Positions 26,728 through 39,493 are shown, numbered from the stretch's first letter. The stretch: DNA of 64,000 nucleotides from Octopus vulgaris (GCA_951406725.2 OX597818.1:97526001-97590000), one strand, 5' to 3'. The notes: generated by a model not told the origin, from the sequence alone. Translations and numbers: made by a program.

Positions 26728-27317
26728 GGTAAAACCCCGCTTCGGTCATGAATGACCATGATCGCTTCAGAGTTGGCGAAAGCGATGTGGGGGACAACGA
26801 AAAACCTGGCTGATGACAGTCAAGGCTGATCTGGACCCCAACCTAGGCCCCCATGTCTACGGCGTTCGCCGCTGGAATAAAGAGTGTTTGGGGATCACGC
26901 GGTCGTTAGCCTCAAATCGCCAGGCCTGGTCAGCGTTTGTGAGAGATGTAGCATTGAGGATGAATGAAACCAACTCAACACACCCCGGGTGAATGCTGTC
27001 TCAAGACAAGAAGAGGAAGATGGGATTGCACCTAGAATGTTCCCCACCGTGGCACAAGTCCGGAGAAGGTTGTTTATGGAAGACCAGCACTCGCCCATGC
27101 ATACCGGCCTCCCCTGTCCACGCCACAAGTGTTATTCAAGGGAAAGGCAAAAGCCGATACAGCTTGGCACCAGTGACGTCATAACTCATTTCTACAGCTA
27201 AGTGAACTGGAGCAACGTGAAATAAAGTGTCTTGCTCAAGAACACAAAACGCTGTCCAATCCGGGAATCGAACTCACTACCTCATGATTGTGAGCCCGAC
27301 GCTCTAACCACTGAGCC
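26728..27317 (-). mobile_element. SINE family E (tRNA head, D-like core, distinct tail) interrupted by an RTE fragment
   Basis: Minus-strand head ggctcagtggttagagcg, B-box gagttcgattcc, core tcttgagcaagacactttatttcacgttgctccag. Confidence 0.8.
26761..27019 (+). pseudogene. RTE-clade (SR2-like) LINE 3' end
   Basis: Open frame from 26762: WRKRCGGQRKTWLMTVKADLDPNLGPHVYGVRRWNKECL...LASNRQAWSAFVRD...*; short aag-rich tail. Confidence 0.85.
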
Positions 27318-27725
27318 TGAAGAAATGTAGCTAGATTTTTTGCCCGATGCGTTAGCGATTCTGCTAGTTCGCCACCTTATATACATAATATATTAAGATA
27401 AATAGCCAAAGGTAGATTGACTGATGGGTGACGGGTCGGGGAGATGCATGCATGACTGGCTGGCTGGCTGGTTGGCTGGACTGATGGATTGACGGCCATT
27501 GGTAGAGAGAAATGCATCGTATGATTGACGAGGGTAGGTAGGTAGCGGGAGAGAGAGAGAAACAGAAAGAGAGAGAGAGACAGAGACAGAGAGGGAGTGA
27601 GTGAGAGAGTGAGTGAAATAAATGAAGACCACCAACGAAAGTTATGGTTCTTTTCTCAATCTAACTCTTGAAGAAAAATTCTTCTCTCAAAATATTATTA
27701 TTATTAAGGAATTTCCAAAACATTC

Positions 27726-27871
<146 letters not shown>

Positions 27872-27949
27872 TAAATGAAATAAAACATATGCATATATAT
27901 AAACATATATGTACGTACCTACCTCTACATGTACATATACACGCATATA

Positions 27950-28690
27950 TGAGTACAGGACACCAAAGGGACGTCGAACACAAAGAGAAACGAAAACATA
28001 GACGCAAACTGGACATTTTTTTTAAAACAACAAAAAAATGGAGTACAGGACAATTAACACAAAGAAAAAACCCATTCTTCAGTCACTATGGTTTCATCTA
28101 CTCTACGTTTCGAAGGATAAAAGCGAGACGTATCTTCGACAAGAAACTTTCCTTCCTGCGAAAAGCAAATCAATTAAAATTCTGAGATCTTTTCGCAGAG
28201 GGGTAAAAAATGGTAAAAAAATGGTAAAAAAACAGGACAGTAATGACAGTACAAAAATATAAACAGTAAAAGACAGGACAGGGAAAAACAAGATAAGAAG
28301 GGCTGTTGACGCCGAACGAAAAAAAGTATTGCAAACGCAGAATTTTTTGTGAACGACAGGGGAGCAGGAAGAATGTCGTCCGTTACCTTGAAAGGCCAGG
28401 CCAGAAAGACAGTTAGAGCGGAAGTATCGTCGCGGTTGGACGACGGGAAGGGGGGAGGAGGAGCAAGAGGAAGGGAGAGAAGAAGGGGAATGGCTGCGAT
28501 GAGACCATGAAGAATGGTGAGGGGGAGAGAGAGAGTGAAGAATGAGAAAGAGAGGAAGAGACAAGTTAAGTAGAGGAAAAAGAAAATCAAAGAATAGGGA
28601 CGGGACAGAAAGGTGAAGAGTGCTCGTCAGAGTTAATATCAAGACCAAAACTTGATATACAGAACAATCTTACTTAAAGGGGGTGCGTGC
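27950..28690 (-). mobile_element. Probable Penelope-like element 3' region
   Basis: Minus-strand ccttcgaaacgt...actgaagaatggg-ttctttgtgtt motif shared with 40380-40595; ends near (TA)n. Confidence 0.45.
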
Positions 28691-29019
28691 GTTAAGCGTG
28701 GGTTTCCGCCCCGACATCCGAAAGTCGGAGTTTCATTATGGCTACCAAATAATTGTCACATATTATATTTACAGATAAATTCCTCTATTTACATAATATC
28801 GAGGTCTCTTTCATTATATATATATATTACATACGCACGTCCAGACCAATCCTACGCACTAATACTCTCTCATACACACACACACACACACACACACACT
28901 TATACATACTAATACATACACCAACCCTATACATACACACGTCCAGACCCCTCCTACGCACTATTAGTCCTTCAACCCTATTATCAACCCTATTATCAAC
29001 CCTATTATCTCCCCTTATT

Positions 29020-29488
<469 letters not shown>

Positions 29489-29812
29489 ATGTATGTATTT
29501 ATGTATGTATGTATGTATATATTGATAGAAATGGCAAGACAACAAAAGAATGAAAGAGACCTCGATATTATGTAAATAGAGGAATTTATCTGTAAATATA
29601 ATATGTGACAATTATTTGGTAGCCATAATGAAACTCCGACTTTCGGATGTCGGGGCGGAAACCCACGCTTCAGTTATCGGGCCATCGAAAAAAAAGAGCA
29701 TTGTTTTTGATGTCCCGATAACTGAAGAGATGCTGGCCTGGGTTTCCGCCCCGTCAACCGAAACTCGGAGTTTTATCATGGCTACCGAATAATTGTCACA
29801 TATTATATTTAC

Positions 29813-29868
<56 letters not shown>

Positions 29869-29898
29869 GTACACGAACACACACATGAAATAGAAAAG

Positions 29899-29962
29899 CC
29901 TCCCCAGCGGGATGTTGAACGTTAGTCTCCCGCGTGACAGGCGGGGATACTTACAACTATTG
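29899..29962 (-). pseudogene. tRNA-Asp(GTC) pseudogene, 5'-truncated
   Basis: Minus strand atagttgtaagtatccccgcctGTCacgcgggagac...ggggag matches metazoan tRNA-Asp; T-arm degenerate. Confidence 0.85.
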
Positions 29963-30025
29963 TACCGAGTGGTAAATATCCTTGCCTTTTACGCGGCAGA
30001 CTGGGACTAGATTCCTCGTCATGGT
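29963..30025 (+). pseudogene. More degenerate tRNA-Asp-derived copy, inverted relative to the first
   Basis: agtggtaaatatccttgccttttacgcggcagactgggactagattcctcg aligns with tRNA-Asp. Confidence 0.65.
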
Positions 30026-30039
30026 GTCATTTCTATTTT

Positions 30040-30081
<42 letters not shown>

Positions 30082-30369
30082 GCACACATACAGAACAAAT
30101 ATCAAAGAATGGAGCTCCTAAATAATTTTAATACATTATGCATAATCTTTTCATCATTATCCCATCTAATCAATCTTGCATCAAGTTGTAAGCACGTTGG
30201 TAACTATTAATTACCACGTGGCACACAGGTATTCTTTTGTTGCACAAATAGATGATTTCTTACATACATACATACATATATACATACATACGTGTGTGTG
30301 TGTGTGTGATACAAATACACACCGCGAAAACATCGTCCATATAATTTTTGTGAGGTTGAGCGTTGAAGT

Positions 30370-30550
30370 ACCTATTTCTTTATTACCCACAAGGGGCTAA
30401 ACACAGAGAGGACAAACAAGGACAGACAAACGGATTAAGTCGGAAACCTAGTGACTGGTAATTAATTTATCAACCCCGAAAGGATGAAAAGCACAGTCGA
30501 CTTCGGCGGAATTTGAACTCAGAACGTAACGGCAGACGAAATACGGCTAC
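30370..30550 (-). mobile_element. SINE family B (B1 tail), 5'-truncated
   Basis: Similarity to 51491-51727. Confidence 0.85.
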
Positions 30551-30664
30551 GAGTACTGATCAATATGATACACAGTACTCCGCTCCGCCATTGAATGAAA
30601 CTAAACTACATCTCGATGAATACCTGGAGACCTTAAATCATCAAAAGGTCTTTTTACTTTTTTT

Positions 30665-30868
30665 TTTCTTTTACTTGTTTCAGTGATTTGACTGCGGCCA
30701 TGCTGGAGCATCGCCTCTATTCGAGCAAATTGACCCAAGAGCTTATTCTTTGCAAGTCTAGTACTTATTCTATCGGTCTCTTTTATCGAACCGCTAAGTT
30801 ACGGGGACATAAACACACCAGCATCGGTTGTCAAGCGATGTTGGGGCGAAACAGACACACAAACACAC

Positions 30869-30940
<72 letters not shown>

Positions 30941-31117
30941 ATATACATATATACGACAGGCTTCTTTCAGTTTCTGTCTACCAAATCCACTCACAAGGCT
31001 TTGGTCGACCCGAGGCTATAGTAGAAGACAATTGCCCAAGGTACCACGCAGTGGGACTGAACCCGGAACCATGTGGCTGGTAAGCAAGCTACTTAACATA
31101 CAGCCACTTCTGCGCCT
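30665..31117 (-). mobile_element. SINE family A, full length
   Basis: Complete head to tail. Confidence 0.9.
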
Positions 31118-31314
31118 ATAATCGATTGTGTTTATCTGCATTATATATTTTAAAAACTTCATTTACGCAACCATATCAGGGTTGAAAGCATCGGTTCTCG
31201 CTCGATTACTGAAATTAAGCAACATCGGGTCTTAGTACTTAGATGGTTGACCGCTTCGGAAACTTAGGTTCTGTGCGCAGCTCATATTTTATAGGCGCAG
31301 GCACGCCTGTATAG

Positions 31315-32372
31315 TAAGAAGATTGGCAGAGATAGAGTGAGATTTGCAGAGATTGGCGGAGATTGGCGGAGAAAGGCAGAGATTGGTGGAAATAGGCAGA
31401 ATAGCATTTTGGGAGATTTCCCAATAATGATGGGTGTTAAAACACCTGGGAGAGAATGAGATAGAGTGAGATTGGCGAAGATAGAGTGAGATTGGTGGAA
31501 ATAGGCGGGGATAGAGTGAGATTGGCGGAAATAGGCGGAGATAATGAGGTGTTGAATGAGTTTACGAGTTGCGAATCATGCGATATAGACGGAATTATAG
31601 CGAATACATTTTGGGAGATTTCCCAATAATGATGGGTGTTAAAACACCTGGGAGAGAATGAGATAGAGTGAGATTGGCGAAGATAGAGTGAGATTGGTGG
31701 AAATAGGCGGGGATAGAGTGAGATTGGCGGAAATAGGCGGAGATAGAGTGAGATTGGCGGTGTTTGCCGGAGATTGCCGGAGTTTACCGGAGTTTGCCGG
31801 AGATAGCCGGAGATAGCCGGATATAGACGGAGATTATCGGAGATTGGCGGAATAGCATTTTGGGAGATTTCCCAATAATGCTAGGTGTGAAAACACCTGG
31901 GAGAGAGTGAGATAGGCGGAGATAGAGTGAGATAGACGGAAATAGGCGGAGATTGGCGGAGTTTTCCGGAGATTGTCGGAGATTGCCGGAGTTTGGTGAA
32001 GATTGCCGCAGATTACCGGAGTTTGCCGGAGATTGCCGGTGAATGCCGGAGAATGCCGGAGTTTGCTGGAGATGGCCGGATATTACCGGAGATTACCGGA
32101 GATTGCCGGAGAGAGCCGGAGGTAGCCGTAGATTGGCGGAATAGCATTTTGCGAGATTTCCCAATAATGCTGGGTGTTAAAACACCTGGGAGAGCGTGAG
32201 ATAGAGTGAGATAGAGTGAGATAGGCGGAGATAGAATGAGATATGAGATAGAGTGAGAGTGGCGTAGTTTGCCGGAGATTGCCGGAGTTTGCCGGAGATA
32301 GAGTGAGATAGGCGGAGATAGAGTGAGATGGGTGGAGATAAAGTGAGATAGGCGGAGATAGGCAGAGATAGA
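31315..32372 (+). repeat. Modular satellite: 10-bp units (gagattggcg/gagatagagt/gagtttgccg) punctuated by four ~55-bp conserved cassettes
   Basis: Cassettes cattttgggagatttcccaataatg.tgggtgttaaaacacctgggagag at ~31400, 31603, 31851, 32140. Confidence 0.95.
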
Positions 32373-32481
32373 GTTAGGGTTATGGTTAGGGTTAGGTGTT
32401 AGGGTTAGGGTTAGGGTTAGTGTTAGTGTTAGTGTTAGGGTTAGTTTTAGTGTTAGATATAGGTTAGGGTTAGGGTTAGGT
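32373..32481 (+). repeat. Interstitial telomere-like (TTAGGG)n, degenerate
   Basis: gttagggttatggttagggttaggtgttagggttaggg... Confidence 0.9.
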
Positions 32482-32862
32482 TTTGTGTGTGTTTTAAGTG
32501 AAATAGACCGACTTATACACATTGGGCTCCGCGCCAAGAGAGGGCCTAGCGCAAACGCTTGAGCGGAGGACGTTATGAATTTTTAATATATCATTGTGGT
32601 TATTAGTGGAATTTCAAGCCGTCGATGCTTTTTGGGTGAGACTGGCGATTTGATGATGAAAATAACTGAGAAACTCGGAGTAAGTTTAGTGAAGGTTTTG
32701 GCTTTTAATAAATATAATCCAGTGGGAAATTCTATATTTTCAGTCGCTTAAACGCTGTGGAAACTGAGGTAAGTTCTGACCAAAAGGGCCTTTGGATCGG
32801 AACACACTCTAGCTTGCTTCAACTTCTTTTTAGATAAACAGGTTATCAGGCAGACAGGTAAC

Positions 32863-32925
<63 letters not shown>

Positions 32926-33021
32926 ATATATATACATATACATACATACATGCATACATACATACATACGTACACACACACACACACACACACACATACA
33001 CACATACACACACACACACAG

Positions 33022-33069
<48 letters not shown>

Positions 33070-33589
33070 GTAGAGAGAAAGAGAGAGAAAGAGAGAGGGA
33101 GAGAGAGATAGATAGATAGATAGATAGATAGAAACAGAGTGGGAAAGATAAAATGATTGAGTTTATGAGTGTGTTGGTCAATAGGTGAGAGAGAAGAAAC
33201 AGAGATATTTGATGAGGTAGAGAGAGAAAGAGAGGGAAAGAGAGTATTTGAGTGAGAAATAGAATGAAGCCGTTTTGGACGAAGAAAATAGGATGAATAA
33301 ATATTTTATCTGTAAATGTGTGCGCATACCAAAGTGTTTCTGTTTGCATGTTTATGTTTATTCATAAGTAAATTACAAGGGAAACCAGCATTGTGGCAAC
33401 CGTAAGAAAAAAAGAAAAAAAACCGTACAACGAAAGATAACGGAATATATCCACAGTCGCCATTAGATTAACTCAGCAACAGACCCAACTCTATGAATGG
33501 TAGACTTAATGTGGCGCCCAGTTTAACACCCTCACCGTCTGGCTCTTGGATGCCTTTGGTAAGCATTTGTGTTCCTTTTATCTTTTTTT

Positions 33590-34246
33590 ATTTCTTTCAG
33601 TCATTGGAGTGCGGCTATGCTAGGACACCACCTTTAAGGGTTTACTCGCAATAATCGACCCCAGTACATTTTTTGTAAGTTTGGAACTTCTATCGGGCTT
33701 TTTTTTTTTTTTTGCTAAACCGCCAGGGACTCTCTTTTACTCTTTTACTTGTTTCAGTCATTTGACTGTGGTCATGCTGGAGCACCGCCTTTAGTCGAGC
33801 TAATCGACCCCAGGACTTATTCTTTGTAAGCCTAGTACTTATTCTATCGGTCTCTTTTGCCGAACTGCTAAGTTACGGGGACGTAAACACACCTGCATCG
33901 GTTGTCAAGCGATGTTGGGGGAACAAACACAGACACACAAACACACACATACATACATATATATATACATATATACGACGGGCTGCTTTCAGCTTCCGTG
34001 TACCAAATCCACTCACAAGGCTTTAATCGGCCAGAGGCTATAGTAGAAGACACTTGCCCAAGGTGCCACGCAGTGGGACTGAACCCAGAACCATGTGGTT
34101 GGTAAGCAAGCTAGTTACCACACAGCCACTCCTGCGCCTAACTAACCAACACCAGTTGTCAAGCTGTGAGGAGAACAAACACAAACAGGAAGATACATGC
34201 ATATGTACATTAATACATACACACACGCATACATGTATGTGTGTAT

Positions 34247-34283
<37 letters not shown>

Positions 34284-34467
34284 CAGCCACACACACATAC
34301 ACATATACGAGGAGCTTCTTTCAATTTCCGTCTATAAAATCTACTCACAAAGCTTTGGTCGACTCGAGGTTATATTAGAAGGTACTTGCCCAAAAGCTGC
34401 TCTTGGGACTGAAATCAATACCTTATAGTTGAATCAAGCTTTTTAACCACACAGCCACGCCTGAGCC
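33590..34467 (-). mobile_element. Old SINE A containing a younger full-length SINE A (33729-34139)
   Basis: Old copy breaks at ...aaccgccagggac and resumes at aaccaacaccagttgtcaagc. Confidence 0.8.
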
Positions 34468-34916
34468 TATTATTACTACGCCTGTACCGATTTGAGGACA
34501 CGTTCCTTCTTTCTTTCTTCCCATCTGTCTCGGAAGTTCAGTAAAGTGTCAGCAAACCCTCTATTTTACTGAGCTCAGATAGAGTTACAACTGGACGAGA
34601 GTTATCGAGAAACGGCTTTGAAAACGATACGATTCGAAATTGGAAATGTGGTGAAGCAGGAATGCTCAGCGATCAAAACAGCAAGGGTTGAATGCATGAT
34701 TTACAGCAGGCGTTTTCCAATCAGTGATTCACGGATATGTTTTGAGGGGAAGAGCAATAGTCAACACAATCAACCCAGAGGTAATTGTATGATACTATGT
34801 TCTAGTGACCCTGGAATAATGAAAGGAAAATTGAGCCTGATGGAATCTGATCTCAGAATGTAAAGAGTCAAAAGAAACACAGCAAAGCATTTTTCCGACG
34901 CTCTGACGATTCTGCC

Positions 34917-34961
<45 letters not shown>

Positions 34962-34963
<2 letters not shown>

Positions 34964-36109
34964 TCATAAAGGAAAGCAAAATTCTATCATAAGGAAAGCA
35001 AAATTCTATCATAAAGGAAAGCAAAATTCTATCATAAAGGAAAGCAAAAAATTTGCTATTGATCTCGTGCAGGATATCAAAACTGAACAACCCCAGGGAA
35101 GTACGGCAACTATTGTTGCAAAGAAGGTGAAAATAATGGCAACGAAAAAAGCGCACGAGCAATTGGCGGATAGGTGGGAGGAGAAACCTCTGCACGGCAA
35201 ATATGTGGACCGCAGAAAACAAGCTGGTGTTGACCAGAAGCAAACCCATCAGTGGCTACGGAGCTCAGGGCTAAAAGCAGAGAGCGAAGGTTTCATCCTG
35301 GCTGCTCAAGATCAAAGCCTATTAACCCGGAACTACCAGGCCAATGTGATGAAAAATGGAGCAGACCCAAAATGCCGATTCTGCAACGACATGATTGAAA
35401 CAGTGGACCACCTAATCTCTGGATGTAAAGTCTTAGCACCAGTGGAGTATAAATTAAGACATGACAGAGTTGGCCAATATCTACACTGGCTAATGAGTCG
35501 GCAGTACAATATCAAAACTGCCGACAAGTGGTATAATCACCACCCTGAGGCTGTAACTGAAGGAGAAAATGTAACCATTCTGTGGGACTTTCCAGTACAT
35601 ACAGACCAAACCATCAATGCCAATAAACCAGATATTGTTGTGAAAAACCAAAACAATAAAGTTTGCTTATTGATCGACATGAGCATCCCCTGTGATCATA
35701 ATATCTCAGCGAAAGAGTTTGACAAGCTCAGAAAATATAAAGACCTACTCATTGAAATTGAGAAAATGTGGCATCTCAAGGCGGTTACAATACCAGTGAT
35801 CGTAGGAGCACTAGGAATGATCAAGAAGGGAACCGAAAATTATATGAGAATGATCCCTGGCTTACCATCCCTGCAAGAAGTGCAAAAGATTGTCTTAACT
35901 GGTACATCACACGTATTGAGAAGAGCATTGTCGATGTGAGAACTGTTGCTGCTCATGTATTTTAATTTAACTTAAAAAAAAAAAAAATGAACGAACTATT
36001 GAGTTTGGTTTAATGGCCTACCAATGTATACTATGAGTTTCTTTGCCCTAGGAGTCGGGAAGACATACGGCAAGAAATGGAAGCAAATTTGAAAGAAGAA
36101 AAAAAAAAG
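34962..36109 (+). mobile_element. 5'-truncated R4/Dong-type non-LTR retrotransposon inserted in (TAA)n
   Basis: (AAT)n on both sides (34918-34962, 36110-36133); intact C-terminal ORF, ~170-bp 3' UTR, A-rich tail. Confidence 0.92.
35067..35939 (+). CDS. C-terminal part of an R4/Dong-type ORF: CCHC zinc knuckle plus restriction-like endonuclease (no true start; 5'-truncated)
   Basis: KPLHG, ESEGFILAAQDQ, CRFC-x7-H-x4-C, RHD, ILWDF, NKPDIVV, LIDMSIP, KLRKY, IPVIVGALG; no internal stops over 290 aa. Confidence 0.9.
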   Translation: MQDIKTEQPQGSTATIVAKKVKIMATKKAHEQLADRWEEKPLHGKYVDRRKQAGVDQKQTHQWLRSSGLKAESEGFILAAQDQSLLTRNYQANVMKNGADPKCRFCNDMIETVDHLISGCKVLAPVEYKLRHDRVGQYLHWLMSRQYNIKTADKWYNHHPEAVTEGENVTILWDFPVHTDQTINANKPDIVVKNQNNKVCLLIDMSIPCDHNISAKEFDKLRKYKDLLIEIEKMWHLKAVTIPVIVGALGMIKKGTENYMRMIPGLPSLQEVQKIVLTGTSHVLRRALSM

Positions 36110-36129
36110 TAATAATAATAATAATAATA

Positions 36130-36980
36130 ATAATCCTTTCTACTATAGGCACAAAACCTGAAATTATGGTGGGAGGGGCTAGTCAACTACCTCAACCCCA
36201 TGCTCAACTGGTACTTATTTTATCAACCCTGAAAGGATGAAAGACAAAGTCAACCTCGCTGGAATTTGAACGTAGAACGTAAAGACGAGCGGAATACCGC
36301 TAAGCATTTTCTAGGAGTACAAACGATTCTGCCAGCCCGTCGCCTTTATAATTTTTTCTACTATGTATACCAGGAAGAGAGCAGTCTTACATTGACCCAA
36401 GTGCTCAACTGGTACATATTTCATCCAAAAGGATGAAAGAAAAAATCGATCACGGCGGAATTTGAACTCAGAACGAAAAGAACAGGTAGAAATGCAACAA
36501 CGAATCTGCCAGTCCGCTAAGGCATAACTATTAAAGTTTTGAGAGAGGTGCCTAGGCGATTACATCGACCCCGTTCCTCAACTGGTACTTATTTTATGAA
36601 CCCCGAAAGAATGAAAGACAAAACTGATTTCGGTGGTTGACCTGAGAACGAAAAAACGGAAGAAATGCAGCTAAACATTTTATCCGGCGTGATAACAATT
36701 ATACCAGGTCGCTGCCTTCACTGGTTTCAAATTTTGGTACAAAGTTAGCATTTTTAGGGAGAAGTCAATTACATCGACCCCAGTATAGGACGGTTTCAAA
36801 TTTTGGTACAAAGTCGACATTTTTAGGGAGAAATCGATCACATAGACCCCAGTATTCAACTGTTACTTGTTTTATCAACCACAAAAATTCTGACAAAATG
36901 ATGAAAAGCTAAGTTGACTTTGGCAGGATTTGAGCTCAGAATGTAAGGAACTGGAAGAACTACCGCTAAGCATTTTGTCC
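36130..36980 (-). mobile_element. Cluster of ~5 diverged SINE B (B2 tail) copies
   Basis: Repeated acatcgaccccagt...aactggtacttatttt...aaaggatgaaag...gaatttgaactcagaa motifs. Confidence 0.8.
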
Positions 36981-37403
36981 GAAGGAAAGTGATGATGGTT
37001 TATTCTGACAAAAAAATACTAAGAAGTTTACGTGTTCAGATAAGTGTGTCGTGGGTGGAGAAGAGGATACTTGTAAGTAAACACTCATTTGGATTCCTTC
37101 GTTGGTGTGTTGGTTTTTTTCCCCTCGTAAACATTACTTCCGTCAATTATTGTACATTTTTTTTCTATCCTGTCCTCCACTTAATGTATTAGATCGGCCT
37201 TCTTGTTACTACAGTGTCCGCTTTTCATCACAGCTTTCTAACTTAAATCAAACTCACGAGCTTCATTGTTCCAAAGGAGAGTTGTCTCATCTGCTTGACG
37301 CCCTGAAACCGGAGCTAAGTACCAGCTGTTAAGAGCCACTTGCAGTTACTAGAAATTTCTATATTGTACTTACATCTTAAACATGAACATAAACTGAACT
37401 GCA

Positions 37404-37530
<127 letters not shown>

Positions 37531-37689
37531 GTCAAGACGAAGAGCGCGATTCGATTGTAAGATATTTTATTAGTTAAACGATATTTCAACAGTACGTCTA
37601 TCTTTGTCAAGTTCAAAATAAGAAGAGATGAAATTTCAAAATTACAGAAATTTAAATTACGTTTAAATTTCTGTAAGCTATACAGAAGA

Positions 37690-38777
37690 ATTGGAAAGGA
37701 ATTCAATATGTATGAAGGACACCACCCAAGAGCAGGAGTAGCAAGATTATACCTATCTAGGAAGGTGGAAGAGGGTTAATATCAGTAGAAGTATGCGTGG
37801 AGTTAGAGCAGATACAGACTCCTATGCAGGTAATAGTGAAGAAAGTTTATTAAAAGCCGTTAGAGTCACAGCAAGACATAGAGAAACCAAAATACCAAAC
37901 GAACTTAAAAATCAGAAAAAAGAACAGAAATTATCTGACTGGCAGGTGAAGACGTTGCGTGGTAGATCCCCAAAGATAGTTTCAGTAAATAGTAGTAGTG
38001 AGACACAGTTATGGCTGCAGAAAGGGAAGCTGAAGAGGGAGACAGAAAATTTGTTAGTAGCTGCACAAGATCAAGCATTAAGGGCTAATTGGATAAAAGC
38101 CAAGATAGACAAAACCCAAGTAGATTTCCAATGTAGATTATGCAAATCAAAAGAGGTAAGCGTTACTCCTATAGTAAGTGAATGTAGCATGCTGACACAA
38201 AGAATACAAGAAAAGACATGACAATCTAGGGAGAGCAATCCACTGGGAGCAATGTAGAAAGCTAGGATTTGAACATACTGATAAATGAACCTAGTAATGT
38301 ACTAGAAAATAAGAAGTACAAGATGTTGTGGGACTTTAACATTCAGACTGATAGAGTAATAGAAGCTAAAAGGCCTGATTTGATGGTAGTAGATAAAGAG
38401 AGTAGAAAGTAACAGATAATTGACTTTACAACACCAAATGATGAAAAAATTTAATATGAGAAGTATAGAAAAAATAGCAAAGTACCAGGGCCTAGATATT
38501 GAATTACAGAGACTATGGAAAGTGCGGGTAAAATGTATCCCAGTAGTTATATGTGCATTGGGAACTATCCCTAAAGACCTGAACAGATGGATAGAGGAAA
38601 TAGGCATAAACCAAGTTTCGTACAGATGCAGAAAACAGTGTTATTAGGGACAGGAGGGTTCTTGGCATCTAAGGTTACTTGCTGTAACCCAATAGGAGGG
38701 GTTTTGGCATCTAAGGCTACTTGTTGTAGCCCGATGTTAGGATTCTTTTCTTTTCCAACAATCCAATCTGTTGAGTG

Positions 38778-38778
<1 letters not shown>
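37690..38778 (+). pseudogene. Second R4/Dong-type element, frameshifted, ending in (TAA)n
   Basis: HHPRAGVARLYLSRK-GGRGL, LKRETENLLVAAQDQAL, CRLC, LWDFNIQTD, RPDL, KIAKY, IPVVICALGTIP; followed by (AAT)n at 38779-38845. Confidence 0.9.
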
Positions 38779-38852
<74 letters not shown>

Positions 38853-39493
38853 AATAAATAAATAAATAAATGACAATATTGTAAGTCATGACACTGCCGT
38901 GACAGGACGAGCAATTTGCTACATTGAAAATGGAGTAGGAAAAATAAAAATACATACAATGATTGACGGAGGATGATGTTTAGGGAGAGAAACATATCAA
39001 CGGAGGAATTGAAAATACTGTCCAATTACAAATGAAAACAAAACCTTGCAAATACAGAGATTAGAAATGTGGGAAATATGACAAACAGACGTTCCTGAAG
39101 TAATATGAGTTCTGGGGGAGATTTAAGATACAAACACAAAATAAATAACACCTAACATCTATTCACATCAAGTAAACGAAAGCATAGAGTAATTTTTTAA
39201 TGTTGAATTCACATCTTAAATCAGGTTCGTTTAGAGGAGAAAAAACAAGCAGGCAAGACAGAATAGGGTGTATGTATATAAATATATTGATTTTGATACG
39301 GACATACAACCTCGCAAGTACATTTATGTATTTATATATTTATAAATTAATACATTTTTATATTATATCATGTATTTATGAGTGCACTTATGTATGCTGT
39401 GAAGTATTCCGTTGCTTTGAAATATATTGAGTGAATATGAACACCGACCATTGAAATTTGTTTTCTCTTTTCTTGGTTTTATATATATATATA

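Larger units (their letters stand above)
26332..27378 (-). mobile_element. Host SINE B (B2 tail) split by nested insertions
   Basis: Body at 26332-26471 and 26720-26727, head resumes at ~27320-27378. Confidence 0.75.

Noticed and set aside
31400-32195. Palindromic repeats separated by spacers, superficially CRISPR-like
   Set aside because: Spacers are 150-230-bp decamer satellites rather than unique 30-40-mers; eukaryotic context; no cas genes.
32373-32481. True telomere
   Set aside because: Short, degenerate and internal, with ordinary sequence continuing beyond it.
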